A stretch of DNA of 63,398 nucleotides, the filler included, from Tortispora ganteri (Eukaryota), in assembly GCA_003707115.1 (NCBI GenBank). It is 11 parts of 11 records of this genome, joined end to end, with 100 filler letters (N's around TTAATTAATTAA, not from the genome) between each part and the next. Parts side by side here need not be neighbours in the genome. Positions count along the whole stretch, not along the records: positions 42,263 to 47,593 come from PPNB01000065.1; positions 47,694 to 52,920 come from PPNB01000066.1; positions 53,021 to 58,243 come from PPNB01000067.1; positions 58,344 to 63,398 come from PPNB01000068.1; 7 more parts are not named here. One strand, given 5' to 3'. Both the position numbers and the translations under genes were made by a program. This document shows positions 47,062 to 58,470 of this stretch, in pieces; the stretch's first letter is position 1, and each line of letters starts with the position of its first letter. The notes beneath the pieces are model-generated. The model did no database searches and was not told the DNA's origin. It saw only the letters and a list, made by a program, of their open reading frames with translations.

Positions 47062-47593
47062 ATGCTGCGGTTCTCACAACTATCGCGTATTCTTCGAGCG
47101 CGATTTTCTGTATGCAGTAGTTTTGTCCGTTATTCAACGGTGTCTCTTGCAGATATTATACCACCTACGGCTGCAGTCGCCCCCCTAGAGAAGTTTGATG
47201 ATGGCGGATCGAAGAAGACACGGTTTACGCCGGTTCTTGATGAGGTTTATGATAATATTAAAAAATACGATCCTTGTGTAGTCCTGACTAGACTTGGTGG
47301 ATTTTATGAACTATATTTCGACCAAGCGGCGAAATATGGACCCTTATTGAACCTCAAAGTCTCTTCCCGACAGACCAGTGCTGGACTCGTTCCGATGGCA
47401 GGTTTCCCATTCATGCATTTACAACGGTACCTTGCTATACTGGTAAACAAATTAAACTGCCATGTAGCTATTTCTGAAGAGTTTCCGCCTACACCTGGAT
47501 CAACTACAAAGAACCTCTATGAGCGTCGCATATGTCGTGTTATTACACCCGGTACACTTCTTGATGAGTCCTTTCTTGACCCTATGTCTTCGA
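47062..47593 (+). CDS. MSH1: 5' part of Msh1 (allele 2); truncated
   Basis: Protein identical to allele 1. Confidence 0.9.
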
Positions 47594-47693
47594 NNNNNNN
47601 NNNNNNNNNNNNNNNNNNNNNNNNNNNNNNNNNNNNNTTAATTAATTAANNNNNNNNNNNNNNNNNNNNNNNNNNNNNNNNNNNNNNNNNNNN
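47594..47693. other. Artificial contig linker
   Basis: N44-TTAATTAATTAA-N44. Confidence 0.99.
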
Positions 47694-48302
47694 AGTTCTA
47701 GTTTGAGTTCCAGTTCTAGTTCTAGTTTGAGTTCAAGTTCAAGTCCCATTTCGAGTGTCAGTTCGAGCGTATCCAGCTCAGCTCAGTGGAGTTCTAGCGT
47801 GTCGAGTAACAGCAGCTGCGGAGTGGTGTCTAATGCTTGCCCGTGCAAACCGTCGCAGACGCTGCTGGCAAGAAGGTGGGCGGTGGACCTTAGGGAGTAC
47901 AATAAAACGGAGGTAGGCGATGGGAAGTACCGGGTGGGGAATTCCGACAATGTTGACGTGGATATTAAATGGCGTAGTGTACGTATCACCTACAATATTC
48001 CGAATGAAGTGACAGAGGTGCTGGTATATGTTCAAGGACCGAACCAGATAACGGAAGTCGATCGGCTCGATTCCTACTTAGCGTATATGTTTGTTGGGGA
48101 AAGCGGGATGAGGTGCGGGGACATAGAGGCAATCGGAAGCGGTGGATGGAAAGGCGTGCACCCATTCGACTTCGGTGACATTTGGATTATTGATCGGTCA
48201 TTGTCGGAGGGGTGGACGCCGTTGCGATTTGTGTTCTACGGTGAACACCGGGACGTTATTCACATTGTTTTTGCGCCTATGCTATCTGGTTTATATTTGT
48301 AG
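47694..48302 (+). CDS. 3' end (poly-Ser stalk + C-terminal variable domain) of adhesin-like paralog C; 5' truncated
   Basis: CGVVSNACPCKPSQ..GKYR..VTEVLVYV..GESGMRCGDIEAIGSGG..GWTPLRFV. Confidence 0.85.
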   Translation, partial: SSSLSSSSSSSLSSSSSPISSVSSSVSSSAQWSSSVSSNSSCGVVSNACPCKPSQTLLARRWAVDLREYNKTEVGDGKYRVGNSDNVDVDIKWRSVRITYNIPNEVTEVLVYVQGPNQITEVDRLDSYLAYMFVGESGMRCGDIEAIGSGGWKGVHPFDFGDIWIIDRSLSEGWTPLRFVFYGEHRDVIHIVFAPMLSGLYL

Positions 48303-50134
48303 TTATAATTGATCGTTTCAAGGAGTGTGGGGACGGGAGTAGAGAGAGAGAATTGAAGGGAATGGAGACTAATCTCGGCGATAGCGGAGATTAGACATGA
48401 AGTAAGATAGAGTTTAAGAAATTTCCCGATTGGGACAGTTCGGAATGGGAGTATGTAGAAAGCACGTGACGTCCCAAAACGGAAGTACAGCACAAGTCAC
48501 GTGACGTCCCGAAATAGAAATACGATATATATAAAACCCCCGCCACCCGTACTATTGATGCATGTTTGACTGAATGTAAATGAGCAGGCATTGTCTACGT
48601 GAATTGCCAAAACTATCGATACTAAAAGTGCGGTATCTGGAAAGCCTACTAAACTAATGCTAGGTGAACTTAAAATTTAATTAAATGAGCCAGAGGAGAC
48701 TAGTGCGATAACCGCAGCTGTATTGCAAACTGCAGACTGCAAACTGCAAATTGCAGCATGGCAGCAATGCTCGCGGACCAGTAAATCATTGAAGCAGAGC
48801 CTAGAAGGTTGTATACTTTGTTGCTGAACGGAATGCAGGGTGTATCATAATATTAGGCAGTTAATGGCACATGACAAATACCATTGCAGTTGGTCTAACG
48901 GTAGATAAGGTTTTTTATTTTTGCTTTTCGGTAGATTCTAGCGCGCAACGAAATCTATGCACCTTGTTATTGGCGTATCGCTCTAAGAAAAAGTTGAGGA
49001 TTTCATTAACTGTCTATATTCTCGCAGTATGGCAACTGTATAGCATGCGGGATTATGCAGGATGATATGCTTGGAATCGAAGATGGGTACAATGGCGTAT
49101 CGAAAGCAGAAAACTGCAAAGCAGTGCAAATGCGTTACACGAAGAACAAGCGAGAACAACAATTGCAACAGATTTCTTTTACAATTTTTCCCCTTGATGA
49201 AGTTTTGAGCTAAGTTTGCCAATTGGCCAAGAAATACAGGCAGTGCTAATTTCCTTGAATCTCCGGACACCCAGATATCGGTGAAGCTAGTTTACCGCGA
49301 TTAGATTGCGAGCTATCGAGTTGGTCTCCAAAAAGACCAAGAATATAAAACATCTATAGAAATAAGAGTGAGAAGAAGGCAGTATGCGTAAATATATAGA
49401 ATTACGAAAAAGAGACCCTTCAACGATTAATCTCATTAATAAATAATCATGCGATAATTGCGATGAGGTGTTACTTAGATTATTACTGTGAATCAAGGCG
49501 CTTTTTAGACTATTAGCGACTCAACTCGATAAATTTAATCGCTCAAATAGAAACTTAGTAGGCGGTTTTTAAAAAATTATTCAATTACTGCAACCTCAAG
49601 CGAGCGTTTTCAGGGTTTCATTCAATCATATAACCTTGAATATGTATTTAAGCTCTACATATACATTGATCTAAGCTCAGCTTGAAACTTTATTCAACTT
49701 ATAGATAAACTCTTCCATACTTCCCAACAGTCACTAAACATTAATGGCTAGTCAATAATTTTCACAATATAATGAGTTACAATAGCTTTGTTTCTTTAAA
49801 ATCTTACCAGTAAATTGCTAATGCTGCAATACACTAGACGGTACATGCACAGCGCTCGTTCTTACCAGTTACTTTCTGCAGTACAATGAGTGCACGAGTT
49901 TGAGGCTAAAAATCGTTTAGCGTGAACTCTAATAACTTTAAATGCCCAACAACCAAATAAGGCAAACTTTCTTTCTACCACTATGAGATATTCAGGATGA
50001 TTTAAAGAATGTCAAGAAGGCCAGACCAGACAATTAGTGACCAATTCTGCTGGAAAAGCCAATAAGCTTATTATGCTTTTTGCTAGCAGTTATAATAAGG
50101 GTGAGGCACAGCGTTTAGCCCCCAGTTGCTCGCC

Positions 50135-52920
50135 ATGGTGCAGACAATATACAGTACTATCGTGGAAACGAACACGCTCATTTGCAGCCCACCTGTTGAA
50201 ACTTCTACTGTCTATGGGCGCTTGTACACTTCTGAGTCTGTTGCCACACGTGTGACTGTCTACGACGACCAATGCGCGCCTCATGTGTCTACAGTTTCAG
50301 GCTGGTACTGCAACCAGTGCACACCCACTACGGTGACCTATATACCTAGTCCGCCTCTTGTCAAAGACGACTGCACCTACGTTTGGTCATACTACGAGTC
50401 CGTGTCTATGTCCGTATCGGTTGACGTGCACGTCTCCATTGAGATTCCAGTCATTATCACAGAGACTATAGCGCCTACGCCTGCGCCTACTCACCCCGCT
50501 ACAGCTACCGCGACTGTCCCTACGACTGTGCCCACTACTGTGCCAGCAGACGCATGCTCTACCGCACCTTCCTACATCTCAGGCGAAGTATTTGCCGCTA
50601 TATACGAGGGTGCAGTAGACTTGTTGCCCAGCGATATCCAGAACGGTGACTACAGGAACTACCAGCAAGATAATATCGACGCCGCTGTCTCGTCAAAATC
50701 TATATCGGCATCCGTATCCAAACAGGGCTACGTCGAGTACCTGTTTTACCTTGAACCCTCAGGCGACATCGCATTTGTAGATGTACAAGTACAGGATCCT
50801 AGTAACTTTGCAGATACTTACGCGTACCTCTTCGACGGCGAACTGGCCATGCGGTGCGATAACATAGACCTTATTGGCTCTTCTGGCTCTTCTGCCACTG
50901 CCCCTCTGGCTAGTTCAAATGGCTTCAGAGCTAGTTTTTCCGTCGACTTTGCCGGTGGGCACTTGTACCCAATCCGTATAGTCATTCCTGTTGCGGCCTT
51001 TGGATCGGCGTCTCGATTCAAGCGTCAAGCCGGAGTGTCCGTAACCGTGACTATCGTGTTTACTACTAGTAGCGGCGAGATTATAACCTTCTCTGTATTT
51101 GCATCTACAAGTGCATCACCTGAGCCGGTTAACCCTATTCCTTCATTGACTTCTACATTATCGATTCTATCTGTATCCAGTGTTTTTTCGGGATCCTCAG
51201 TTGCTCCTAGCTCCATTGCCTCCGAGTCGTCAATTGCACCTAGCTCCGTTGCCTCAGAATCTTCAGTTGCGCCTAGCTCGGTCACCTCCGAGTCGTCAGT
51301 TGTACCTAGCTCGCTCGCTTCCGAGTCATCAGTTGTGCCTAGCTCTGTTGCATCAGGATCCTCTGTTGCCTCCGAGTCATCAGTTGCGCCTAGCTCCATT
51401 GCCTCAGGATCCTCTGTTACACCCAGTTCTGTTGCCTCCGAGTCATCGGTTGCACCTAGCTCCATTGCATCGGGATCCTCTATCGCCTCTGGGTCATCTA
51501 CCGTTTCTGATTCTAGCGTTAGCTTGGAATCTTTAGCTTCCCCCAGCTCTTCTGCCGCACCAGGATCGAGTATCACCTCAAGTTCTAGCGTGACTTCTGT
51601 TCCAACTACATTGTCTTCTCCAACAAGTCCATCTGCCTCTAGCACTGCACTGAAATCTAGTTTTGGACGGAGCTCATATGGAAATTCTAGCACTAGTCAA
51701 CTCTCTTCTGCCTCAAGTGCAGCAGCCGGATCCTCAGCTGCCTCTAGCTCCTCAGTTGCATCAGGATCCTCAGCTGCACCCGGCTCTAGTGTTTTATCAG
51801 GATCTTCGACTGTATCAGGATCTTCGGCTGCACCCGGCTCTAGTGTTTTATCAGGATCTTCGGCCGCGTCAGGATCCTCAGCTGCACCCAGCTCTAGTGA
51901 TGTATCAGGATCTTCGGCTGCGTCAGGATCCTCAGCTGCACCCAGCTCTAGTGTTTTATCAGGATCTTCAGCTGCGTCAGGATCCTCAGCTGTACCCAGC
52001 TCTAGTACTGTATCAGGATCTTCAGCTGCGTCAGGATCTTCAGCTGCACCCCGCTCCAGTGTTGTATCAGGATTTTCGGCTGCGTCAGGATCTTCAGCTG
52101 CACCCAGCTCCAGTGTTGTATCAGGATCTTCGGCTGCGTCAGGATCATCAGCTGTACCCAGCTCTAGTGTTGTATCAGGATCTTCAGCTGCGTCAGGATC
52201 CTCAGCTGTACCCAGCTCTAGTACTGTATCAGGATCTTCGGCTGCGTCAGGATCTTCAGCTGCACCCCGCTCCAGTGTTGTATCAGGATTTTCGGCTGCG
52301 TCAGGATCTTCAGCTGCACCCAGCTCCAGTGTTGTATCAGGATCTTCGGCTGCGTCAGGATCTTCAGCTGTACCCAGCTCTAGTGTTGTATCAGGATCTT
52401 CAGCTGCGTCAGGATCTTCGGCTGTACCCGGCTCTAGTGTTGTATCAGGCTCATCAGTAGGCCCCGGATCTTGGAGTTTGACTGCAAGTTCTAGTGTTAC
52501 ATCCAGCTCAGTTATTTCTACTGCTTCAAGTGATGCACTAAGTTCTAGTATTGGCTGGAGCTCATATGGTAATTCCAGCACTGGTCATATTGTTTCTGAA
52601 TCGAGTTTTGCTCATGGATCAAGCGCCTTTTCTGATTCTAGTGTTTTCCCCTCTTCATCGATTATAGGTTTGTCAAGCGTTCTATCTTCTTCATCAACTA
52701 TAGGCAGCTCAAGTGGTTTGACGCCTTCGTCAAGTGCTGGAATATCTAGTACCGGATCTCTGTCTTCGATATTGACTAACTCGAGTGCCGCTCAAAGTCT
52801 GTCACCTAGTCTTTCGAGTGGTTTGGCATCTTCTTCAATAATCAGCAACTCAAGTCTGCTGTCGACCTCTTTCTTAAGCTTCTCGAGTGCTGTCGTGTCA
52901 ACTTCTACATTTGGTAATTC
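50135..52920 (+). CDS. Adhesin-like paralog D with long Ser-rich repeat stalk; 3' truncated
   Basis: MVQTIYSTIVETNTLICSPP start shared with paralogs A and E; TATA-like element near 50091. Confidence 0.85.
51760..52450 (+). repeat. Intragenic 54-bp (18-aa, SGSSAASGSSAAPSSSVV) minisatellite, about 13 units
   Basis: Direct reading; 36-bp units also at about 51190-51480. Confidence 0.9.
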
Positions 52921-53020
52921 NNNNNNNNNNNNNNNNNNNNNNNNNNNNNNNNNNNNNNNNNNNNTTAATTAATTAANNNNNNNNNNNNNNNNNNNNNNNN
53001 NNNNNNNNNNNNNNNNNNNN
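52921..53020. other. Artificial contig linker
   Basis: N44-TTAATTAATTAA-N44. Confidence 0.99.
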
Positions 53021-53186
53021 CAGCGATGTTGGCCTGGAAATTGGTTATAACCAAAAGAATATCGTCTCTCATATCTCATGGCAATGCAGTGACGGAGGTG
53101 CTGGTGTATATATTCGGACCAGACAGAATGGAGAGTGTGTATGGACGTATTCCGGGCTATATGCGTAGGATATATCTATTTTGTAG
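53021..53186 (+). pseudogene. Internally deleted 3' remnant of an adhesin-like paralog
   Basis: AVTEVLVYIFGPDRMESVYG jumps to the family-terminal TTTGTAGTTATA, lacking the MRC and PLRF blocks. Confidence 0.6.
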
Positions 53187-55172
53187 TTATACATTGATGA
53201 TTTCAGCGGGTGCAGAGACGAAAGTATCTTGACATGTAGTGTTTATGGGAATTGGGGAGATTGGGAGAGGTTAAGAGGGAATTCTGGGAATGGAGAGAAA
53301 GGAATGATTTAGCAGCATTATTATTAATATTTCTATTATTATTGTTGTTGTTGCTAATGTGTGTAATATATTAGAATTAAGGAAACAGGGAGATGATTAT
53401 GCTTGTATTTAGGAAGGAGTGAAGGGAGGCAAAATAGAGGGAAAGAAGAAGAGTTAGTGAACTGAAGTGGTTTCCCCTTTCAGTAATGATGAAAGAGAGA
53501 AAATAAAGACAGAGGAAGGTCAAGAGGGTGTCTACCAATAAATAGGGGATATATGTAGAGTATATATGAGATAATGTGGATTAAAAAGAGATGGAGATGG
53601 AAGTGAATGATATACTCGGTGATAGCGGAGATTAGACGAGGTCACTTAAGATTGGATGAGGTTAGAAATAAGGATAAGATTCTGACAGATTCCCGATCTA
53701 GTCTGGCACCTATAAAGGCATTCCACTATGTTGCTACCGATTCTAGTGCCGATTTATCTGAAATATTTGCGGCGATGTATATGTCGGAAACTACTAAGTC
53801 CAGAGCAAAATACCTGACCTTCGTTAGTTGTTAGCTCTTTCAAGTCAAATACTGATTCGATGTATGTATTATTTACACTGAATAGCATTGTTAAAGCAGT
53901 TGAGAGTGGTATTATGTTCATGGCTGGACCTGTCGTAGCCATAGTCGGCGATTGGCACTGATGGTCGTAGTTCGTACAACACCAGGCTGTAACTGGACAG
54001 TGCGAGTACGGCGTTCTTCAAGATCATATTTGGCTCAGCTCTGCGCTGGTACTCATTTTAGATTGTTTTTGTTATTGAACAGTACCATCGGCTGGCCGCG
54101 TAGAGTACGTTTTGGACTTTACTGCACTCAGCGTAAAGGGTTCATTTTCAGGATATGATATCCATTCGGGCGTTTAAATTTACACTTATAGACATATTTA
54201 TAGATGCATGTTTGACTGAATGTGAATAAACAGGCATGAATTTGTCCATGTGAATTGCCAAAACGATCGATACTAAAATACGGTGTCTGGAAATCCGACT
54301 GAACAAACGCTAGCTGAACTTAAAATTTAATTAAATGAGCGAGAGAAGATTAGTGCGATAACCGCAGCTGTATTGCAAACTGCAAACTACAAATTGCAGC
54401 ATGGCAGCAATGATCGTGGACCAATAAATCATTGAAGCAGAGCCTGGCAGGTTGTATACTTTATTGCTGAACGAGTGAACGGAATGCAGGGTGTATTATA
54501 AAATAGTCATTGAGCGGTACATGCCGAATATGATCACAGTCGGTCAAGCAGATAATAAGGTTCTTAAATTTTGCTTTCGGTAGATTCTAGAGCGCAACGA
54601 AGTTGGTGAACCTTGATATTGGCATATCTCACTATAAAAACATTGAGGATTTCATTAACTGAAGGTTAAATGAATGATCTAATTCTTGAACGTGCATAAA
54701 ACCTACATACTTATTGAGCAGATCTTAGTTTGATCTTTATTTAAGTTATGGAAAAACTCCTCCTTACTTGCCAACGGTTAGTGCAAATCATTGACTGATC
54801 AATGCCTTCCACGGCATAACAATCTACAATGGATTTGCTTTTTTAGAATAGAACCAGTATCGATTACGCTGCAAGTTGCTGGACGGTACATGCACATTTT
54901 TCCAGTTACATTCTGCGGCGCATTGAGCGCACGAGTTAGAGGCTGAAGTGTTTTAGCCTCAAAGCTAATAGCTCTAAATACGCAGCAACCAATCAAGGTC
55001 AACTTTAAACTTAGGCATTGTGACAGGATTCGGCGACTAGAAGAATGTCAATAAGGCTATGCCGAATAAGACAATGATAAGTTTTCATTGAAGACGGCAA
55101 TAAGCTTATTATGGTTTCTGCCAACATTTAAAAGAGGCACTGTGCGCCGCTTCTTGCCGTCAATCGCTCTCT

Positions 55173-57272
55173 ATGGTACAGACAATATACAGTACTATTG
55201 TAGAAACGAACACGCTCATTTGCAGCCCACCTGTTGAAACTTCTACTGTCTACGGGCGGTTGTACACTTCTGAGTCTGGTGCTAAACGTGTGACTGTCTA
55301 CGACGACCAATGCGCGCCTCGTGTGTCTACAGTTTCAGGCTGGTACTGCAACCAATGCACACCCGCTACGGTGACCTATGTACCTAGTCCGCCGCTCGTC
55401 AAAGACGACTGCACCTATGTCTGGTCATACTACGAGTCCGTGTCTATGTCCGTGTCGGTTGACGTGCACGTTTCTATTGAGATTCCAGTTATTATTACGG
55501 AGACTATAGTACCTCCGCGTCCGCCTACGCACCCCGCTACGCCACCCACTACAGCTGCAGTAACTGTTCCAACGACAGCTCCCTCGACTGTGCCTGCAGA
55601 CGCATGCTCAACTACACCTGCTTACAGCTCAGGCAAAGTATTTGCCGCTATATACGAGGGCGCAGTAGACTTGTCGTCGAGCGATATCCAGAACGGTGAG
55701 TACAGGAACTACCAGCGAGACAATGTGGCCGCTACAGTCTCGTCAAACTCTATATCGGCATTGGTATCCGAACAGGGCTATGTCGAGTACCTTTTCTACC
55801 TTGAACCATCAGCCGACATTGCGTTTGTAGATGTAGAGGCACAGGATCCTAGTAACTTTGCAGATACTTACGCGTACCTCTTTGGTGGCGAATTGGCTAT
55901 GCGGTGCGATAACATGGACCTTATTGGTTCTTCTGGCTCTTCTGCCACTGCCCCTCTGGACAGTTCGAATGGGTTCAAAGCAAGTTTTCCGGTCGACTTT
56001 GCTGGTGGATACTTGTACCCAGTCCGTATAGTCATTCCTGTTGCGGGCTTTGGATCGGCGGGTCAATTCAAGCGTCAGGCCGGAGTCTCTGTGATCTTGA
56101 GTGTCATGTTCACTACCATCAGCGGCGAGACAATAGCTATTTCAGTATATGGTTCTGCAAGTGGATCACCAGAGCCAGTTGGTCCTAGTTCTAGTCTGAG
56201 TTCTAGTTCAAGTTCTAGTTCTAGTCTGAGTTCTAGTTCTAGTTCTAGTTTGAGTTCTAGTTCTAGTTTGAGTTCTAGTTTGAGTTCTAGTTTGAGTTCT
56301 AGTTTGAGTTCTAGTTTGAGTTCTAGTTTGAGTTCTAGTTTGAGTTCTAGTTTGAGTTCTAGTTTGAGTTCTAGTTCTAGTTTGAGTTCTAGTTCTAGTT
56401 TGAGTTCTAGTTTGAGTTCTAGTTCTAGTTTGAGTTCTAGTTTGAGTTCTAGTTCTAGTTTTAATCCTAGTTCTAGTTCTAGTTTTAATTCTAGTTCTAG
56501 TTCTAGTTCTAGTTCTAGTTCTAGTTCTAGTTCTAGTTCTAGTTCTAGTTCTAGTTCTAGTTCTAGTTCTAGTTCTAGTTCTAGTTCTAGTTCTAGTTCT
56601 AGTTCTAGTTCTAGTTCTAGTTCTAGTTCTAGTTCTAGTTCTAGTTCTAGTTCTAGTTCTAGTTCTAGTTCTAGTTCTAGTTCTAGTTTGAGTTCAAGTT
56701 CAAGTCGCAGTTCGAGTGTCAGTTTCAGTTCGAGCGTATCCAGCTTAGCTCAGGGGAGTTCTAGCGTATCGAGTAGCAGCAGCTGCGGAGTTGTGTCAAA
56801 CGCTTGCCAGTGCGAATCTTCACAGAGGCTGCTGGCAAGAGGGTGGGCGGTGGACCTTAGGGAGTACAATGAAACGGAGGTAGCCGATGGGAAGTACCGG
56901 GTGGGGAATTCCAGCAAGGTTGACGTGGAAATTGTTGGGGCTGATTCTCTACATATCCACCACAATAATGTCAAAGCAGTGACGGAGGTGCTGGTATATG
57001 TTCACGGACCGAACCAGATAGGAAATGTCTATGGGCCGCTTGACTACTTAGCGTATTTTTTTGTTGGGGAAAGCGGGATGAGGTGCGGGGACATAGAGGC
57101 AATCGGAAGCGGTGGATCGAAACACGTGCACCCATTCGGGACAGGGCTATTTTGGCAAATTAATATGCCGTTGTCGGAGGGGTGGACGCCGTTGCGATTT
57201 GTGTACTACAGTGGATACTCGGAGGTTGTTCTGATTACTTTTGCGTCTATGCTATCTAGTTTCAATTTGTAG
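55173..57272 (+). CDS. Adhesin-like paralog E (complete, 699 aa)
   Basis: Same two-domain architecture as paralog A with a long poly-Ser stalk. Confidence 0.85.
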   Translation: MVQTIYSTIVETNTLICSPPVETSTVYGRLYTSESGAKRVTVYDDQCAPRVSTVSGWYCNQCTPATVTYVPSPPLVKDDCTYVWSYYESVSMSVSVDVHVSIEIPVIITETIVPPRPPTHPATPPTTAAVTVPTTAPSTVPADACSTTPAYSSGKVFAAIYEGAVDLSSSDIQNGEYRNYQRDNVAATVSSNSISALVSEQGYVEYLFYLEPSADIAFVDVEAQDPSNFADTYAYLFGGELAMRCDNMDLIGSSGSSATAPLDSSNGFKASFPVDFAGGYLYPVRIVIPVAGFGSAGQFKRQAGVSVILSVMFTTISGETIAISVYGSASGSPEPVGPSSSLSSSSSSSSSLSSSSSSSLSSSSSLSSSLSSSLSSSLSSSLSSSLSSSLSSSLSSSLSSSSSLSSSSSLSSSLSSSSSLSSSLSSSSSFNPSSSSSFNSSSSSSSSSSSSSSSSSSSSSSSSSSSSSSSSSSSSSSSSSSSSSSSSSSSSSSSSSSSSSSSSSSLSSSSSRSSSVSFSSSVSSLAQGSSSVSSSSSCGVVSNACQCESSQRLLARGWAVDLREYNETEVADGKYRVGNSSKVDVEIVGADSLHIHHNNVKAVTEVLVYVHGPNQIGNVYGPLDYLAYFFVGESGMRCGDIEAIGSGGSKHVHPFGTGLFWQINMPLSEGWTPLRFVYYSGYSEVVLITFASMLSSFNL
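56187..56700 (+). repeat. (AGTTCT)n and (AGTTCTAGTTTG)n coding microsatellite giving poly-Ser
   Basis: Perfect hexamer run at about 56490-56685. Confidence 0.97.
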
Positions 57273-58243
57273 TTATAAATTGATCGTTTCAAGGAGTGTG
57301 GGGAGTAGAGAGAGAGAGAGAGAGAGAATTGAAGAGGAATGGAGACTAATCTCGGCGATAGCGGAGATTAGATGGGTAAGATAGAGTGTAGATAATTACC
57401 CGATTGGGACAGTCCGAATTGGGAATATACACAAGCACGTGACTTCCCGAAAGGGAAATAAGCACTAGTCACGTGACGTCCCGAAATGGTAATTCGATAT
57501 ATATAAAACCCCCGCCACCCTTACTTAGATATCGAGTCCATGATAGCGCTAAACAATAACATGGATGGATTCATCTCGTCTGTGTCTCTTGACTATCAAG
57601 TGACAAATTTTAGCTATCTTGGCGCATTTGATATAGAAGCCTCTTGAGGTCGCTATTATAAAAACAAGGCGCAGTGCTGGAGCTATAAAAGTACAAGAAT
57701 GACAACAATATCACGTCAACTTATAACCTTAGCGAAATTCGTAAAGCTCGTTCCGGGTGCTACTGAATCATTATAAAATATTGACGTTTATCGTCATATA
57801 AAGCTTTACAATGAATTAACGTCGTTTAGTGGTCTTGAAGGTAGTAATAAACCGAATAAGCATAGTAGCCATGCACAGTTTTTGAGGCTCTATAGTCATG
57901 CATGGTTTTTATGCAATTCGGATATTTACCCTTTTGTGGAAACAACGGCCGATTATTGATCGTAGAGATACGATTGGTTTACGGACTTGCATCTTGAATT
58001 TGGTTCAGAAAGTGGAAATTTTGTGCGTAAACGATACTTTATTGTCGACAAAGTGGACTGCCTCTAGATTCGGAAATGAGATTCTATTTGAATATAAAAA
58101 ATGCAAGCTAGCTTCTCTGCTAAGTCTTCCCGCTGTTAGCTAACTGTAGTTATCTGAATTGGTGCGAAAGGTTACTCAATGGTTCACAGTGTGACTCGAC
58201 GAGCAGCAACGTGTCAGATACTAGTTTGAAGGTGTGATTTTAC

Positions 58244-58343
58244 NNNNNNNNNNNNNNNNNNNNNNNNNNNNNNNNNNNNNNNNNNNNTTAATTAATTAAN
58301 NNNNNNNNNNNNNNNNNNNNNNNNNNNNNNNNNNNNNNNNNNN
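58244..58343. other. Artificial contig linker
   Basis: N44-TTAATTAATTAA-N44. Confidence 0.99.
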
Positions 58344-58470
58344 TGTATTATCTATCCCACCTTTATTAAAGTTTCTTAGCCCCCCACTTCCCCACGTTTA
58401 CGCAGTCAATATATAAAGGCTGCTCAATGGCCCGCATTTCCTTGATTTCGTGAAATATATACTTAAAAAA

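Noticed and set aside
30912..47593. Large inverted repeat flanking MATalpha (flip-flop mating-type switching)
   Set aside because: The inverted copies are separate contigs placed around the MAT contig only by size sorting.
47880..48302. Diversity-generating retroelement as the cause of hypervariability
   Set aside because: No template repeat or DGR-type RT; many adenines in framework blocks are invariant; the only RT is an unlinked copia Pol.
48496..48600. Point-centromere CDEI (GTCACGTG)
   Set aside because: No long, very AT-rich CDEII or CDEIII motif follows, and the motif recurs behind paralogous genes.
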